A DNA stretch of 64,000 nt. Source: Selaginella moellendorffii. Lineage: Eukaryota > Plantae > Lycopodiophyta. Shown here piece by piece: positions 51,337-64,000 of the stretch (positions are counted from its first letter, which is position 1; every line of letters begins with the position of its first letter). The DNA lies in the NCBI RefSeq assembly GCF_000143415.4, contig NW_003314271.1, positions 2,440,285 through 2,504,284 on the forward strand, in the 5' to 3' direction. The position numbers and the translations under genes are program-made. The notes beneath the pieces are model-generated. The model searched no databases. It saw only the letters and a program-made list of their open reading frames with translations, and was not told where the DNA came from.

Positions 51337-52301
51337 TGTCGTGAATGTGACTTCGGGTATCGAAAGATACTTGTCGACCAGTCCTTACGAGCACTCTTTC
51401 CTTACTGCTATGACGGCAGGAGGTCGATGCAGTTGGTTCCCTTTATCGTTCCCTTTATCGTTCCCGCTTGAGCTAGTTGAGAAACTGGTCAATGACCTTG
51501 CACTTAAATTGGATAAACATAAGGTAGGAACCCTATGTGTTTCTTGTTGAGCATACTCGGCCCAGTTTGAGAAACTCGTGTCATTGACTTGCACTTGCTA
51601 GTATCAAGAACCCCCGCGATATTGAGACTGGTCCCTCAATATTCGCTAAATGATAGCTGTGTCTGCCAATGTGTCTGCCACTGTGTCTGCCACTGTGTCT
51701 GCCAAACACCCTCGCTATCATGCCCTTTGTGTTAGTCTCATTTCGGTCCCAAGTGCTATTTATGGAAAGTGTCTAGATTTGCTCATTTGGCATATCTACG
51801 GAATGTAGAGATCGGCCTGAACACAATGGTGTTCGTCCCGTGTCCAAATTCACAATCTAGCGCCATTCCATATTTAGTAAGTTTCAGACTTCTCCCAGAG
51901 ACTAATTCCTAGTACTAAGGGAGGCTTTAGGTGAAAGCCCAAAGCGTGTGTCCCTCAAGGGGGGGGGGGGGGCTATGGGGGGTTCCAAATGTATAGTAGG
52001 GATAGTGGTTGGAATGCATGTCCGACCACCTGAGACATTAGTTTGGCACCCGCTAGGCTGTGTCGCTCCTTGTTCTGCGTCTGGCTTGGGTCTAAGCCCA
52101 AGCTCCACGCTGCTCTAGTCGGTGGAGTACCCTCCTTCTCGCGTTAGGCCACCGGTATGCCAAAATTGTGCCAGACTCCATCTGACACCATTTTGCGTGC
52201 AGGTGCTGGATACGGGGAGCTAGTGCTCGTGGGATTGTACCGGACCCTTGTTTCGTAGTGCAACAGGCTTGGAGTTCGGCTCCAAATTCAGGTGTGCTAC
52301 A
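51337..52301 (+). repeat. 3' LTR of the chromovirus (965 bp)
   Basis: Follows the PPT, runs TGTCGTG...GCTACA, and its 3' half matches 24500-25626. Confidence 0.95.
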
Positions 52302-55029
52302 CTATTGTAGGAACCTTAATAGTCCACAATAAAGCTTGGATACTTATAGGCAAAAATACACTTACTATTAATTAGGGTAATAAATATTGGATCAATCCCA
52401 AATTTGGATTGATAAGCTATAAAATAGGTTTTAGATGAATCAAAGAAGTACGAGACCATGCCTTTGCTCACAAGACTACAAATCAACTAAGTGAGCTAGC
52501 AGTCCGAAGCATCAAGTTTATCACTCTAAAGGCTAAGCTCAATAGTTTGGAGTAAGATTTGGAGAAACCGACTATCTAAGGACATGCAATAGCTTTGTCG
52601 TGGGGGAGTGATGAAGAGGTAAATGTTTTATCTTGTATATCTTTCGAGTTAAAGCAGAACAAGGAAGTTTAAGCAAAATAGAATTACGGCTAAGTTTATG
52701 CATCCAAAAAAGAAAGACTTGACTTAGGCAAGAAGCAGTTAGGAACAATTATAAAATCATATAGTATATAAATAACACTTAAACATGCTAAAAAACAACC
52801 TCCACTCACTATTATATGCATTTGCATTGAATTAACAATTTTTTCTCCTGTTTATGACTATTTGTGCAAAGTAGAGTTGAGAGAGTGATATATACTTATC
52901 TTTACTTATGCTTTTGGGGTTTGAAGCTGAATTCTTTTATATTCTATTCTCTTCTCATTCTCATTTTTTTTTCTTCTCCTCTTTTATGTTCTTGTCTCTG
53001 TTTGTTTATCATTATTTTGCAAGTAAGGGCAAGAATACGAGTATAGGCAAAAAACGCCTTACTCACTCCACAATAATAAAAAAAATTTGATGATTATATT
53101 GTTTACATACTACATTTTAATCTTGGGAATGAGGTTTTATTATGATATGGTAATAGACCGAATCTTAATTATAAGTCTCAATAATAGGGCTATATATTAA
53201 TTACAAGGTAAGTGGCTCTAGGGTTCCATAAGCTAAAGACTAATTACTCCTTGCAAAGATTCACTATGATAATATATCATACTTATACAAAGAAGAATAG
53301 GAAATAAACAAACAACTTACTTTTCTTTAGTGAATTATAAATGCTATAAAATATTTTATGGAGTGGATTTATTGATTATTTTTGCTGTGTTGTTCATTTA
53401 TTCTTTTCTCTTATTTTAAACTATTGTTTTGGAAGTAACAAAAACATTTTTATCAATAATGATAATGGTTTCTACATTTGTGGATGGGTAATAAAGACCA
53501 AAAGTGTAATATAGAGATTGTGGTAGTAAAATAAAATTAACATTCTCATATTTCTTTATGTTAAAATTATTCACAAATTTCTGGTCTTTCTTGCTTCTCA
53601 TCTTTGTAAAACTCTAGAGAATGAATGAATAAGGGTTTTTAATTATTTATATATTTTTGATCAATTGTTGAAATGTCAAAATGTTAAATTGTCAAAATAT
53701 ATAATAAAAATTTTCAGGTTCGTAGCAAACTTCAATATTCCCATTTTATTTGGGCCCAAAAAAGCTCATTTTAACCAGAATATTGTGAATATAAAAAATA
53801 GCAATTATATAAGTTTGGACAAACTTCTAATTCTAGAAACTACTCAATTGGTATTAGATTTTAAAAAAATATAAATTTCTCCGAACCATTAACAATTAAA
53901 TTCATGAATTTCAAGTTCAGTAATGAAAAACATTTTCTGACATGAGATTTCTTTGTAAAACTTATTGTTGATTACATTACTCAATTTTTGACCATCCCTA
54001 CTTATTGTGGAACGAAGTCATTTTTACATATTCACTTCATGGAGAAAGGATCATTCTCAATAGAATGTTGACCTAAAAAAATGTTATATGGTGGTGTTGG
54101 AGGTTTTAGATTGCCTGATGCAACTTTTGGAGAGGTTATAAGGTAGTATAAGTGTCAACACTATCTGCCTCATTGCCCTAGGGTGAGAGCACTCATAAGC
54201 ATTATGGCAATTACCTTGAGGCACATGAACATAAGGTTCAGGATAGGATTCTCTTTGGTAGAGGGATGTGGATGCATCTCAGAATTCTTCTCAAAGTTTA
54301 CTCAGCTTGGTAAACCTCTTTCCTGCCAAAACTCGATGCTTGAAATAGAGTCATGATGGGCACTTTTGAAATGGACCCAGGGGTTTTTCAAATAGGGGAA
54401 GGAATCACAGCAATGCAGCTCACATACTGCTGAGATTGGCATTGCGGGAGCTCTCCTCACATCGTCCTATCAGCTGCCCAACTCTCCAAGAACCCTAAAT
54501 AATATTTATAGTGACAAAATTTGACATTCTCTACCTCTTAAACTGGTTTAGAGCCACAATGTGCTGCAAACTAATTTTCTTCTATTATTTATTGGTGCCA
54601 TACCTGGTGGAAAACCAGAAATCTATACCATGCCAGCGTATGAAAACACCTTCCACCTTATGCAAATTAAAACATTGTTAACTTGTATTCCATGCTTGGC
54701 CATGGGTTGATTGTATGGTGGACAATCACCAGCATACATATTTGAGTTCATATGGACTCTATATGGCCATCATCTGGTTAGGACAAAATGAATGCTATAA
54801 CAAATGTATTACAATACCATCATCTATAATAATAAAGAGGAGTTGTTGAACTTTCTAGGCTGCTAAATCCATAAAATTGCAACTGTCCTATGGGTAACTG
54901 TAAAGGGGTATTTCTTTAACCATGTCCTAGCAAATAATCACATTGAGGTTTGCTCCTGGCCAATGGGAGGTGGCCAACTGCGTGGGGTGAGAGAGGAAGG
55001 CGCAGCAATGCATGTCACATGCATGTATT

Positions 55030-56605
55030 CTATAGCAGATCTCGCTGGAGTTCCAGCCCTCCTGCTAGAGCTTGCGGAAAAGATCCAATGGCAATCAATG
55101 TAATCCAGGATTATGGGTGATGCAAGTGATCACTGCTGTCCAGGAGACTAGATTTGGATCTAGCATGGTGTGGAAGATTGCGATCGCTGGGCCAAGATGG
55201 CTGAATTGGATGTAGCTCGTGAGGATGGTGTTCTAGGACACTGTGTTGCTCTCTCACCCTGGAGAGGAGGATCTTTGCCTTGTGCAAATGCCCATTCAAG
55301 GCCAATGCTATGATCATGGCATTGTAGCTTGTGGCATCAGGATGGGTGATTTGGGAGAAGATCTACAACATCCACGATCCAGGCGTACGCATCGATGATC
55401 ACTTTGATCGCACTAGAGTCCCAATTTTCTGGGCTCAAGCAATCAAATGGCACCCTTGCTTCCTCGATCCTCCCGGACTGGGTGTAGGCCTCGCCCAGTC
55501 CTTGAGCATGGAGATCGCGGAGTTGGGTGATACAAATCGATCAAAGAAGAGCTTGGCCTGCTCAATCCTGCTACCAAATGCGAGCACTGCGACCATGGCA
55601 TTGGCATTGCGATGGGGCATTTGACCAAAGAGGAGCTGCACCTCATCAAGATTGCTGCTCCTCGCATAGCCGGAGATGATCATGTTCCATGCTGCCACAA
55701 GACACTGTGGCATGGAATTGAAGAGCGCACATCTAGCCCCACACAGCATGGGTGGAGATCATTGATGTCCACGACACTATGTCTCAATCAGGCATGGAAT
55801 CAAACACTTTTCTAGCATCGCCCACTCAATCACTCGCAAGTTAGGCTGCCAGCAATGAGTTCCACATGACCGTGTCGTGAGACTCCATGGAATCAAACAC
55901 GATCTTTGCATCCATGGCCAATCCTTGTTGTGCATAAGCTCCGATCATTGTGCTCCAGGAGACAACATTTCTCTGCAGCATCATGGCAAAGAGAGCTTGT
56001 GCCTTGCGGATATGGCCACAAGCCGCAATCATCAGGTTCCATGAAATTGTGTCTCTAAAAGGGATTCACTAAAACATCACAATTGCATCATTGATCCTAA
56101 ACTCTGTGATCGTGCCCAGGAGGCTGTTCCACGAGCAATAGTTCCACTTGGGCATCTCAAAGAAAACAATGGCCACCTTTTCAATTTGCCCATTCTCGGC
56201 ATTTGTCATAATCATAGAGCAATGGTAAAGAATCAAACAGATCCTTCACATTTTCTAAATCATTTCTTAATGCCAAAATTGATATCATCATTGTATATGA
56301 CGAAACATCTCGCTCTGGCATCTGATTTAAGAGGGCATGGCTTTCTCCAGATGCCAGTTTTGGGCATAGCACGAAAGCATTACATAATGTCTCTGTGCAT
56401 TAGTGCAAGAAGCAAATTTTTCATTTCATCAACCATTCCACAATCCACATATGCAGTGATCATCATTGTCCATGACACAAGACTGTAGAAAGGCATCCCA
56501 TCAAACAATCACTGTGCCTCCTCCAGATCCCTAGCCACAGCAATTGCTGCAATAACAACATTCCAGCTTCATTGGATTTTTCTCAAACACTTGTCTGGCC
56601 TTGAT
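55030..56605 (-). pseudogene. Decayed PLS-class pentatricopeptide-repeat gene
   Basis: Fragments such as RNVVSWSTMIGAYAQQG, AWNMIISGYARS and MPERDVSSYTMMI lie in several frames with stops. Confidence 0.85.
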
Positions 56606-57452
56606 AACTACGAATAATGACACTAATGTTTGCTTTTAGCTAATTAAGAGGTGGCCAATTGCTTGAGGCAAGAGAAGAAAGCATTGTGACACATATAACA
56701 TGCAAAGTATTGATTGGCATTGACATTCAACTTTTTGCAGTTGAGATTTACTTAGATCTTATAATTCCCTCTAAGGAATATGATATGCTTATAGTTACTT
56801 TTTAAATTCTTCTTTCAAAGTTTAATATAATATTGTTATTTTAATACTATTTCAATTTAATTTTCAATGTAATAATGATAATCAAATTAGTGTTTGCTAA
56901 TTGGGCAGCATATAGTGAGCAATGACTAGTACTAATCTAAGATGGTGCTACCAAGCAATCACAGTTCTAATAATTGTGGTTAACAACCTAAAAGTTTTCA
57001 AACAACATCCCGCGCTTCCCGCTCGTTGTCCCGTTTCAACTCCTTTTACCGACAGCCACTCGGACACCACCACCTGGCGGCACAGTTAACCTTGTCTGAG
57101 CTCACGCCGGCAAAATGTGCCACGCGTCGTGCGTCTACTGGATTGACGTCTTCATGGCGCTGTGGACGCAAGGTCCCACGCAGTTGTCCATTCATTCAAA
57201 CGCTCTTTGATCCCGCTCTATTTCTCCTCGTCACGCTCTTTTGGTTATTCCTCTCACGCTTCGCCCTATTACATCCGTTCTATTCTCCATCGCTTTTCTC
57301 CAAGGCTTTGTTCTTCGTTCTGGCCAAGGCGCCAGCAATAGTATCGAGCTGTTTGCCCCATTCCTCTGGGTTTGCCAGATGCGAGCTCCATTCTAGCAGC
57401 GGCCGTGGACCAAATCGCTCGAGAGGCGCTTCTAGCTGCCGAAATATCCACA

Positions 57453-59269
57453 ATGGGCGCGTCTAGCAGATGGTTCAAGAGCTTTATCGGCGTGAAGAAG
57501 TCCAGCAACAACAGCAGCTCCAGATCCCTGGCGGAAGATCAGGTATAATCGCAATCTCTGTAAGATCTAGATATCTGACATTCCTTCCATCCAGAAGAAA
57601 GCGGACAAGCCGTCCAAGAGATGGGGTTTGTGGAAGCAAGGCGAGCACGATCGCAGGGGCGGCGATACGGCAGCGGCATTGCACGATCAAGTTATCAGCC
57701 AGGTGATTCGAGAGACGCGCTCATCCTATCATCAGCATCGAAATCCCATCCAGGACGATGTGGATGTTGAATCGCTTGGCCATCGCTCCCAGCAGCAGCA
57801 GCAGCAGCAAGCCCTGGCGGCGGCGGCGGTCGCCGCAGAGGCTGCTGCCGCCGCCGCCAACGCCGCCGCGGCGGTGGCACGTCTCGGGGTAAGTACCAAC
57901 AATAAATCCCACATCGCTTTCAGGACTGTTAGAGAGGAATGGGCCGCTATCCGGATTCAATCAGCCTTTCGCAGCTTTCTGGTAAGCATCTCTCGCAGAT
58001 AGATCGTATGCGACAGCTTAGACCTCTGTCACTGATGTAAGCGTTCGTTTAATCTGGTTGGCAGTCGAGAAGAGCTTTACGTGCTCTCAAAGGCCTTGTC
58101 AGGCTCCAAGCTTTAGTCCGCGGCCACCTGGTTCGAAAGCAGGCGGCTGTGACACTGCGTTGCATGCAAGCGCTCGTCCGTGTCCAGGCCCGAGTCCGAG
58201 CTCGCCAGGTCCGGATGTCTGAGGAAGGCCAGCAAGTGAGATGGCGGATCGAGCAGCGTCGGATGCTTGAAGCTCAGCGTCACCAGGCCGAGGTACATTT
58301 GCCAGTTTATCCTTTTCTTATTTCTCACTTACAAATTCCTCTTTCTCTTGCAGCTCGGGTGGTGTGCTTGCCATGGTACCAAAGAGGAGATCGAAGCGAA
58401 GCTTTTTCAAAAGCAAGAAGCAGCCGTCAAGCGAGAACGAGCACTGGCCTATGCATTCTCTCACCAGGTACGTGAAGAAAACTGTGTTCCGTCGGGAATC
58501 AATTGTCGGGTTTCTGCAGTGGAGGCCCAACTCGAAGCCAAGCTCTGGAATGTACATCGGCAGTGAACCCGAAAAGAACCATTGGGGATGGAGCTGGCTG
58601 GAGCGCTGGATGGCAGCCAAGCCGTGGGAGAATCGAATACTGGCTAACCAGGAGAAGCAGCAGAGCAGTGGCAAAGAAAACAACGTCCACGCTGCTCGCT
58701 GTGCGGATGGATTCCACAAGCCCAGCGGGACCACTGCCAGAACCAACAATGCGACGTCAAGAAACTCGGGACCAGTGCACAGAGCGTACCCGTCGCAGGA
58801 CAGCTTCAAGTTTTCGTCCATATACTCGGACAGGCACTCGGAGGGTGGTAGCCCCCCGCCTTCGTCGAGAGGTACCCCGCGATCGATTTTACTGGCGCCT
58901 CGCGTGCTCTCTTCCAGGGCCCAGCACACAAACTCCAACTCCAACAATCGCCCGGGTGCTGCCCCGGAAGATCCAAAGTGCAGGCCCAGCTACATGAACC
59001 AGACTCAATCGGCTAAAGCAAAGACGAGGTCCTCTAGCACTCCCAAGCAGAGGCCCGTAACTTACGATCAAGCACTGGACGAGAAGAGGAAGAGGTTCTC
59101 ACTCCCAACACCGAGGCACGGGCTCTCAAAGCTGAGCCCCGAGGCTAGCAGGCAGGAGATCGCTAGCCGGCGGAAGTTTGTGATGCCGCCGGCGATTGCC
59201 AAGCCGGAAGTTAAACCGGAGCATCACGGCTACGTTTCTCACGAACAGCTGCGAAAGGCTTTCAGATAA
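57453..59269 (+). CDS. IQ67-domain calmodulin-binding protein (IQD family), spliced
   Basis: [16 protein letters not shown] start; [16 protein letters not shown]|[26 protein letters not shown]; [13 protein letters not shown]; [16 protein letters not shown]; [13 protein letters not shown]. Confidence 0.93.
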
Positions 59270-59426
59270 ACAAGGAGCGGAGATTCGACTTGCAACGCAC
59301 AGCTCGTGCAAGAACAGTATGAAGGTACTCCTAAAGTTCTATAGCTAACTTATGAGATGGATGAAGGAAAGCACAAAAATGAGAAAAAGAGATGAGATCG
59401 AAGAACTGGCCTCTAGAATCGGAGTT

Positions 59427-60062
59427 TTACTTCAGCAGTCCGGCGTCCTTGAGCATTGGAACTAGCTGGCCGCTGTTGTGCTTTTTAGTAGTATCTGGAA
59501 ATCAAAGAGGCAAGTTTTCTAGCTCGCAGTTTCGAGTGATTTTTACGTACCATCGCAGCCACCGACGTGTTTTCCACCCACGAAAACGCTGGGAACGCTT
59601 CTTTGTCCAGTCCATTCGGCCAGTGCTGCCTGTAGATCGGCTCCATCGGCTGGATAGAAGGAAAAGAGCCATCAATCGTCGAAGGATTTGCGAGGACAAA
59701 AAGAAGTGAAACCATGCGAAGGATTTGGAATTTCGATGGAAACCATTGGAATGGATTGGCAGATTGAGAGAGACGAAGAACAAGGAAATGCGCAAGGAAA
59801 AAAAGAATCTTTACCCTCTGAGTCGAGCTCCACGACTTTAGGTTGCGCTCCAATGCTGGAAAAGAGCTCCTTTACTTTGACACAGAAGGGGCAATACGTC
59901 TTGCTGCGGCAATATAGAGCAAGCTAATCAACCAAGAAGCGAGAAGAAAACCTTGGCAAGATCATCGTCATGAAAAATTCGATGACCGATCGATCGATCG
60001 ACATACCTGAAGACAACGAGAGGATTGTGCGCCACAATGTCCTTCGCCTTGCTTAGCGCCAT
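59427..60062 (-). CDS. Class I glutaredoxin (CPFC active site), 4 exons, 103 aa
   Basis: Exons 60007-60062, 59815-59903, 59551-59649 and 59427-59494 (312 nt, GT-AG introns) give MALSKAKDIVAHNPLVVFSKTYCPFCVKVKELF...TGQRSVPSVFVGGKHVGGCD...LLK*. Not in the ORF track. Confidence 0.93.
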
Positions 60063-60123
60063 CGCCGTAAGCTCAAATAGAAGAAAATATTTTCGAGGTC
60101 AGAGTTAGGGCTCGTCTTTGTAT

Positions 60124-61905
60124 ATGGCTACGAGCGTGAGCTGGGCCGCTGGCGCTTGGCGAGGCGCTCATCGATTCGGAGGTGTCTCCGCGAATTTCCT
60201 CTCGAAGGTATTTAATCCTTGCGTTGTAATCTCTTCTTGTCTCTCGCGATCTCGTAATCCCTCTTTTCCTTCGGTCTTTCTTACCATTCGCTGCTAGTGT
60301 TTGAAATGTCGAGATCTGACCAGGCAGCCGTAGTACCAGCTCCATCTAGCTTGAAAATCGCTGCTATCGAGCAGCGTGGATTTTTTCGGAGCTCGTGTGT
60401 GAGGGCTAGTACATTGCATGCTGGAAGTTCTTTTAGCGACAAGATGAGCATCGAGAAATCTAAAAGCGCGATCGTGTCTGTGGAATGGCTTCACCAAAAT
60501 CTAAATCTACCTCATGTCAAGGTTTAGTACTCAATGAAATTTTGTTCATTTTATGCTAATTTTGGTTTTTTTCACGCAGGTCTTGGACGCATCCTGGTAC
60601 ATGCCGGCTGAGCAACGCAATCCTCTGGAAGAGTTCAAGGTGCGCATTTCATGAGAGCGCAGATTCTCTGCACTAATGCTGGAATGCAGAAGTGTCGTAT
60701 TCCGGGTGCTTTATTCTTTGATATCGATGGAATTGTCGACGATAAAGTGGATGTGAGTGCCTTTGCATTGATTTTTCGGCTTGTCAAGTTGTCTCGAAAT
60801 GCCGCCTTGCAGCTTCCTCATATGCTTCCTGTGGAGACAGCCTTTGCTGCTGCTTTGTCGGCTTTGGATCTCCAAAACACGGATACAATAGTTGCATATG
60901 ATGGAAAAGGCATCTTCAGTTCGGCACGCGTATGGTGGTATGATGCTTTATCACCTTTCCACTTTCGGTTTCTTCGCATTGAGTTTTGTTATTCGTAATT
61001 GTCAAGGATGTTCAGAGTTTTCGGTCACAAGAACGTCTATGTGCTGGACGGAGGCTTACCAAAATGGCTTGCCTCTTCTTATCCCGTAGACTCGTCCGTC
61101 CCGGCGGGGGCCTTGTCCAAGATTGAGGCATCTGTTGCAGCAGTTCGAAAACCACAGGTAACCACAGGTTGTTTTTCTCATCAAACGCTTATGCTTTGTT
61201 GTCAAGGCTGGAGTTGGAGGTTTCAAAACGTCATTCCAGCAGAGTCTGGTGTGGTCCCTAGAACAGGTATCTATCGGCGACTATTAAAATATTTGACTTT
61301 TAATGTTCAACAATAGGTGAAGAAAAATGTCGAAGAGAGGACATTTCAGCATATTGATGCTCGCAGTAAACCAAGGTGAAGTCTGACTCGGGTTCCGTTT
61401 TATATCTTTTGTTTAGATTTTATGGTGCTGCAAGTGAGCCAAGAAAGGGTATCCGAGCAGGTCATGTGCCTGGAAGTAAATGTATACCTTTCACAGAGGT
61501 ACCGATTTGTTTTACATTGTATTTTGTTTCTCTCTTAATCGATAGGTGTGACTGCAGGTCTTGAATCAGGAAGGAATGCTTTTACCTATTAATGGTCTTC
61601 AAAAGACATTTGAAGATGCGGGTATTGTAATCTTTGAAAGTTCACCTCAATAATTACGTTTCGGTGTAGGATTGAACCTGGAAGTTCCTGTAGTTGCATC
61701 TTGTGGAACTGGCGTTACTGCTTGCGTCCTTTCTTTGGTAAGATTTTTTACTTTTTCGGTTCTCCAGAATCCTCCAATTCTAAATAATGTGATGTAGGCC
61801 CTCTATCAACTTGGCGTTGCCAGTGTACCTGTTTATGATGGCTCTTGGACGGAATGGGGTGGTCTTCCTGACAGCGAAGTGGCGGTGGCAACATCTTCTG
61901 CTTAG
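60124..61905 (+). CDS. Two-domain rhodanese / 3-mercaptopyruvate sulfurtransferase (STR1-like) with putative transit peptide, many short introns
   Basis: VSVEWLH, LDASWYMP, IPGALFFDID, LPHMLP, VLDGGLPKW, GHVPGSK, active-site SCGTGVTAC, VYDGSWTEWG and stop at 61903-61905. The ATG at 60124 is inferred. Confidence 0.92.
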
Positions 61906-62670
61906 TAAGATCACTTTCGCTTTCAGGTAACAGTTCTGTAGAACATTTGCGGAGTGTGGAGCCTCCACAAACTAGAACTTACTGGATCTAGAAACGGTTT
62001 TGGAAATTGTTTCCTCTTGAAATGGTTGAGTTCATGGCCGATTTCACCAGGCAAATCTTTAATTTTCAGTTCACTTTCGGAAAAAGGTTCCAGCGATTTG
62101 TCAAGGTAATGCTTAGGTACTTTAGTGTCTTCACTTGCGCCGACATTTGTTTTCGATTGCAGGAAAGTGCGAGTCCCCTTTTAGTTTCAAAGATCATGTC
62201 ACTATCTTGTAGAGAAGTATCTCTCTGGAAAAATCTGCTCATCACCGACTTAGCCGCGTCAAATTGAAATGGTTTAGTGGCTGTTCGGCTAACAAGCTGT
62301 ACCTATCCAACCACCGGACAGGTAAGCCGGTTTTCTTTTGACGATATCAGGCGACTTAAATCGTTTTTGGCAGGAGCGAATGACCGGCTCTTTGCTCCAT
62401 CTCGAGGTGGAGTATCGAATAATTGAGTATCCACTATGTTATTAAAATGATTTTTTCGCGAAGTGGACGACGAAGATAGCTTGGAAGCTTCTCTCTTTGG
62501 AGGCATTGCCGCGCAACAAAAAACGCCAGTGGTTTGGAGCCAGTCTCAAAAGCTACAGCGGCACCTAGAGGTAACCCGGAATATTTATAGAGGCTCATTT
62601 GTGAACAGCGGGCATTCTTTGGATTCCGTTTCGTCTCTTCTGACCGCGGGCACTTAAAAACGTGAAGAAG

Positions 62671-64000
62671 ATGTTCTGGATAGGCTGGCTATGTGTTGCT
62701 GCTGCCGGTGCTCTCCTAGCAAGTCTTGGGAATGTCTACAGCCATTGGCAGAAGCTACCGCCGGGGCCGTGGGGATGGCCGATTGTGGGGTGCTTATTCT
62801 GCGTCTCGAGGCGCAATCTTCACCGCAGCTTCGCAGAGCTTGCCACCAAGTATGGACCGATTGTTTATCTCAACATGGGAAGCAGGGCGACGGTAGTGAT
62901 CAGCAGTCCGGAGGTGGCCAGGGCGGTGTTCCGGGAACACGATGTGCAGTTCGCCAGTCGGCCGCGCTACTCGACACCATTCAAGCACATCAGCCAGAAT
63001 TTCAAAGACTTGGTGTTCGCGCCTTATGGCGGCAGATGGAAGAACCTGAGAAAGATATGCAGCACGGAGCTTTTCACAGCTTCCAAGGTGAACATGTTCG
63101 GGGGGATAAGAAAGGCGGAGCTGCATGACTTTTGCAACAGCATTGCAATGCGGGCTGCCGCCGGAGAGGAAGTGAACCTCAGCGTCTGCTTCCAGGAGCT
63201 GCTTACAAATCTCATGAGCAGCGTCCTCTTCGGGAAAAAGTTCTACACCAGCGACCTGCCTCCTGTGGCAGAGGCAGCAGCGTACCGTGCAACTTGGGGT
63301 ATGCTCACACAGGAGAGCGGCAAGATCTACCTCGGAGACTACATCCCAGCACTGCACTGGCTGGATCGGCTGCGAGGCAAGGACCAGAGGATAAGAAAAA
63401 CAATCATCCCCGCGTTGCAAGGCCTTCTAAATTCCGTCATCGAGGAGCGCCGCAAGCAGCTCAGGCGCGACAAGCCGAGAGACTTCGTGGACGTAATGGT
63501 GGCACTCAACGATCAAAAGAGCCTTTCCAACGATGAGATTGTGGCAATTATCCAGGTAGACAAAAGCGCTCCAGAAAGGAAAGTTTAGTTCTAAGATTGG
63601 TATATGGCTTTCCAGGACATGCTCCTTGCCGGCACCGGCACGACGAGATCCACGCTCGAGTGGGGCTTCTCGGAGCTGGTCCGCCACCCGGAAGTCCAGC
63701 GGCGAGCACAGGAAGAGCTCGACCGGGTCGTGGGCCGTGAGCGATACGTTCAGGAGTCGGACCTCTCGGGCCTGCCGTATATCCAGGCGCTCGTCAAGGA
63801 GATAATGCGGCTCCACCCTGCCGCGCCTCTGGGCCTCCCACACTTCAACTCATGCCCGGTTTCGCTGGCCGGCTACACCATCCCGGCCAACTCGACGCTC
63901 CACGTAAACATCTGGACGATCTGCCGGGACTCGAGCTCGTGGGAGAGAGCGCACGAGTTCCGGCCGGAGCGGTTCCTCGGCAGCTGCCACAACTTGCTAG
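62671..64000 (+). CDS. Cytochrome P450, CYP71 clan (3' end beyond the window)
   Basis: Membrane anchor and LPPGPWGWPIVG, WKNLRK, single intron ~63556-63616, AGTGTT I-helix, KEIMRLHP and PERF. Confidence 0.93.

Larger units (their letters stand above)
24500..52301 (+). mobile_element. Ty3/gypsy chromovirus-type LTR retrotransposon, disrupted by three nested insertions
   Basis: 5' LTR is 5'-truncated (~24500-25626). PBS TGGTATCAGAG at 25629. Domain order gag-PR-RT-RH-IN-chromodomain. PPT AAGGGGGGGAGAG 51324-51336. 3' LTR 51337-52301 (TG...CA). Confidence 0.95.
21813..53065 (+). mobile_element. Old host LTR retroelement (LTRs ~21813-22235 and ~52609-53065) that contains the chromovirus stack
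   Basis: Two diverged ~430-460-bp direct repeats (TGA..AGGGGTAAATGTTTTATCTTG...CTTACTCA). A PBS-like TGGCAACTACGGTGG follows the first and GGGGGAG precedes the second. No TSD recognised. Confidence 0.6.

Noticed and set aside
59485-59853. 122-aa ORF resembling a secreted peptide precursor
   Set aside because: It is a wrong-frame read through the introns and exons of the glutaredoxin gene.

Overview
Plant nuclear DNA. The very short introns, compact gene spacing and PLS-type PPR remnants suggest a lycophyte such as Selaginella (inference only). About 1-53 kb is a stack of nested transposons. It includes several copies of a non-autonomous LTR (LARD-like) family, solo LTRs, a decayed Ty3/gypsy pol carrying a Cassandra-like TRIM with 5S-rRNA-like LTRs, and a chromodomain Ty3/gypsy element (~24.5-52.3 kb). 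That chromovirus is split by three insertions, and removing each one restores the local reading frame. The standout is a 12.4-kb DNA transposon (35921-48341) with 24-bp perfect TIRs, a TATG target-site duplication and a Sola-like DDD transposase. It carries a large divergently oriented spliced cargo gene with a ParB/Srx-like region, a degenerate methyltransferase-like tail, an acidic linker and an FCP1/NIF-type phosphatase. About 22 copies of a 22-bp palindrome (ATGGCRTGNGGCCNCAYGCCAT) are scattered through it, several inside tiny introns, and I did not see the motif outside the element. The last 11 kb is host genes: a PPR pseudogene, an IQD gene, a CPFC glutaredoxin missed by the ORF track, a head-to-head sulfurtransferase and a CYP71-clan P450 that runs off the window.
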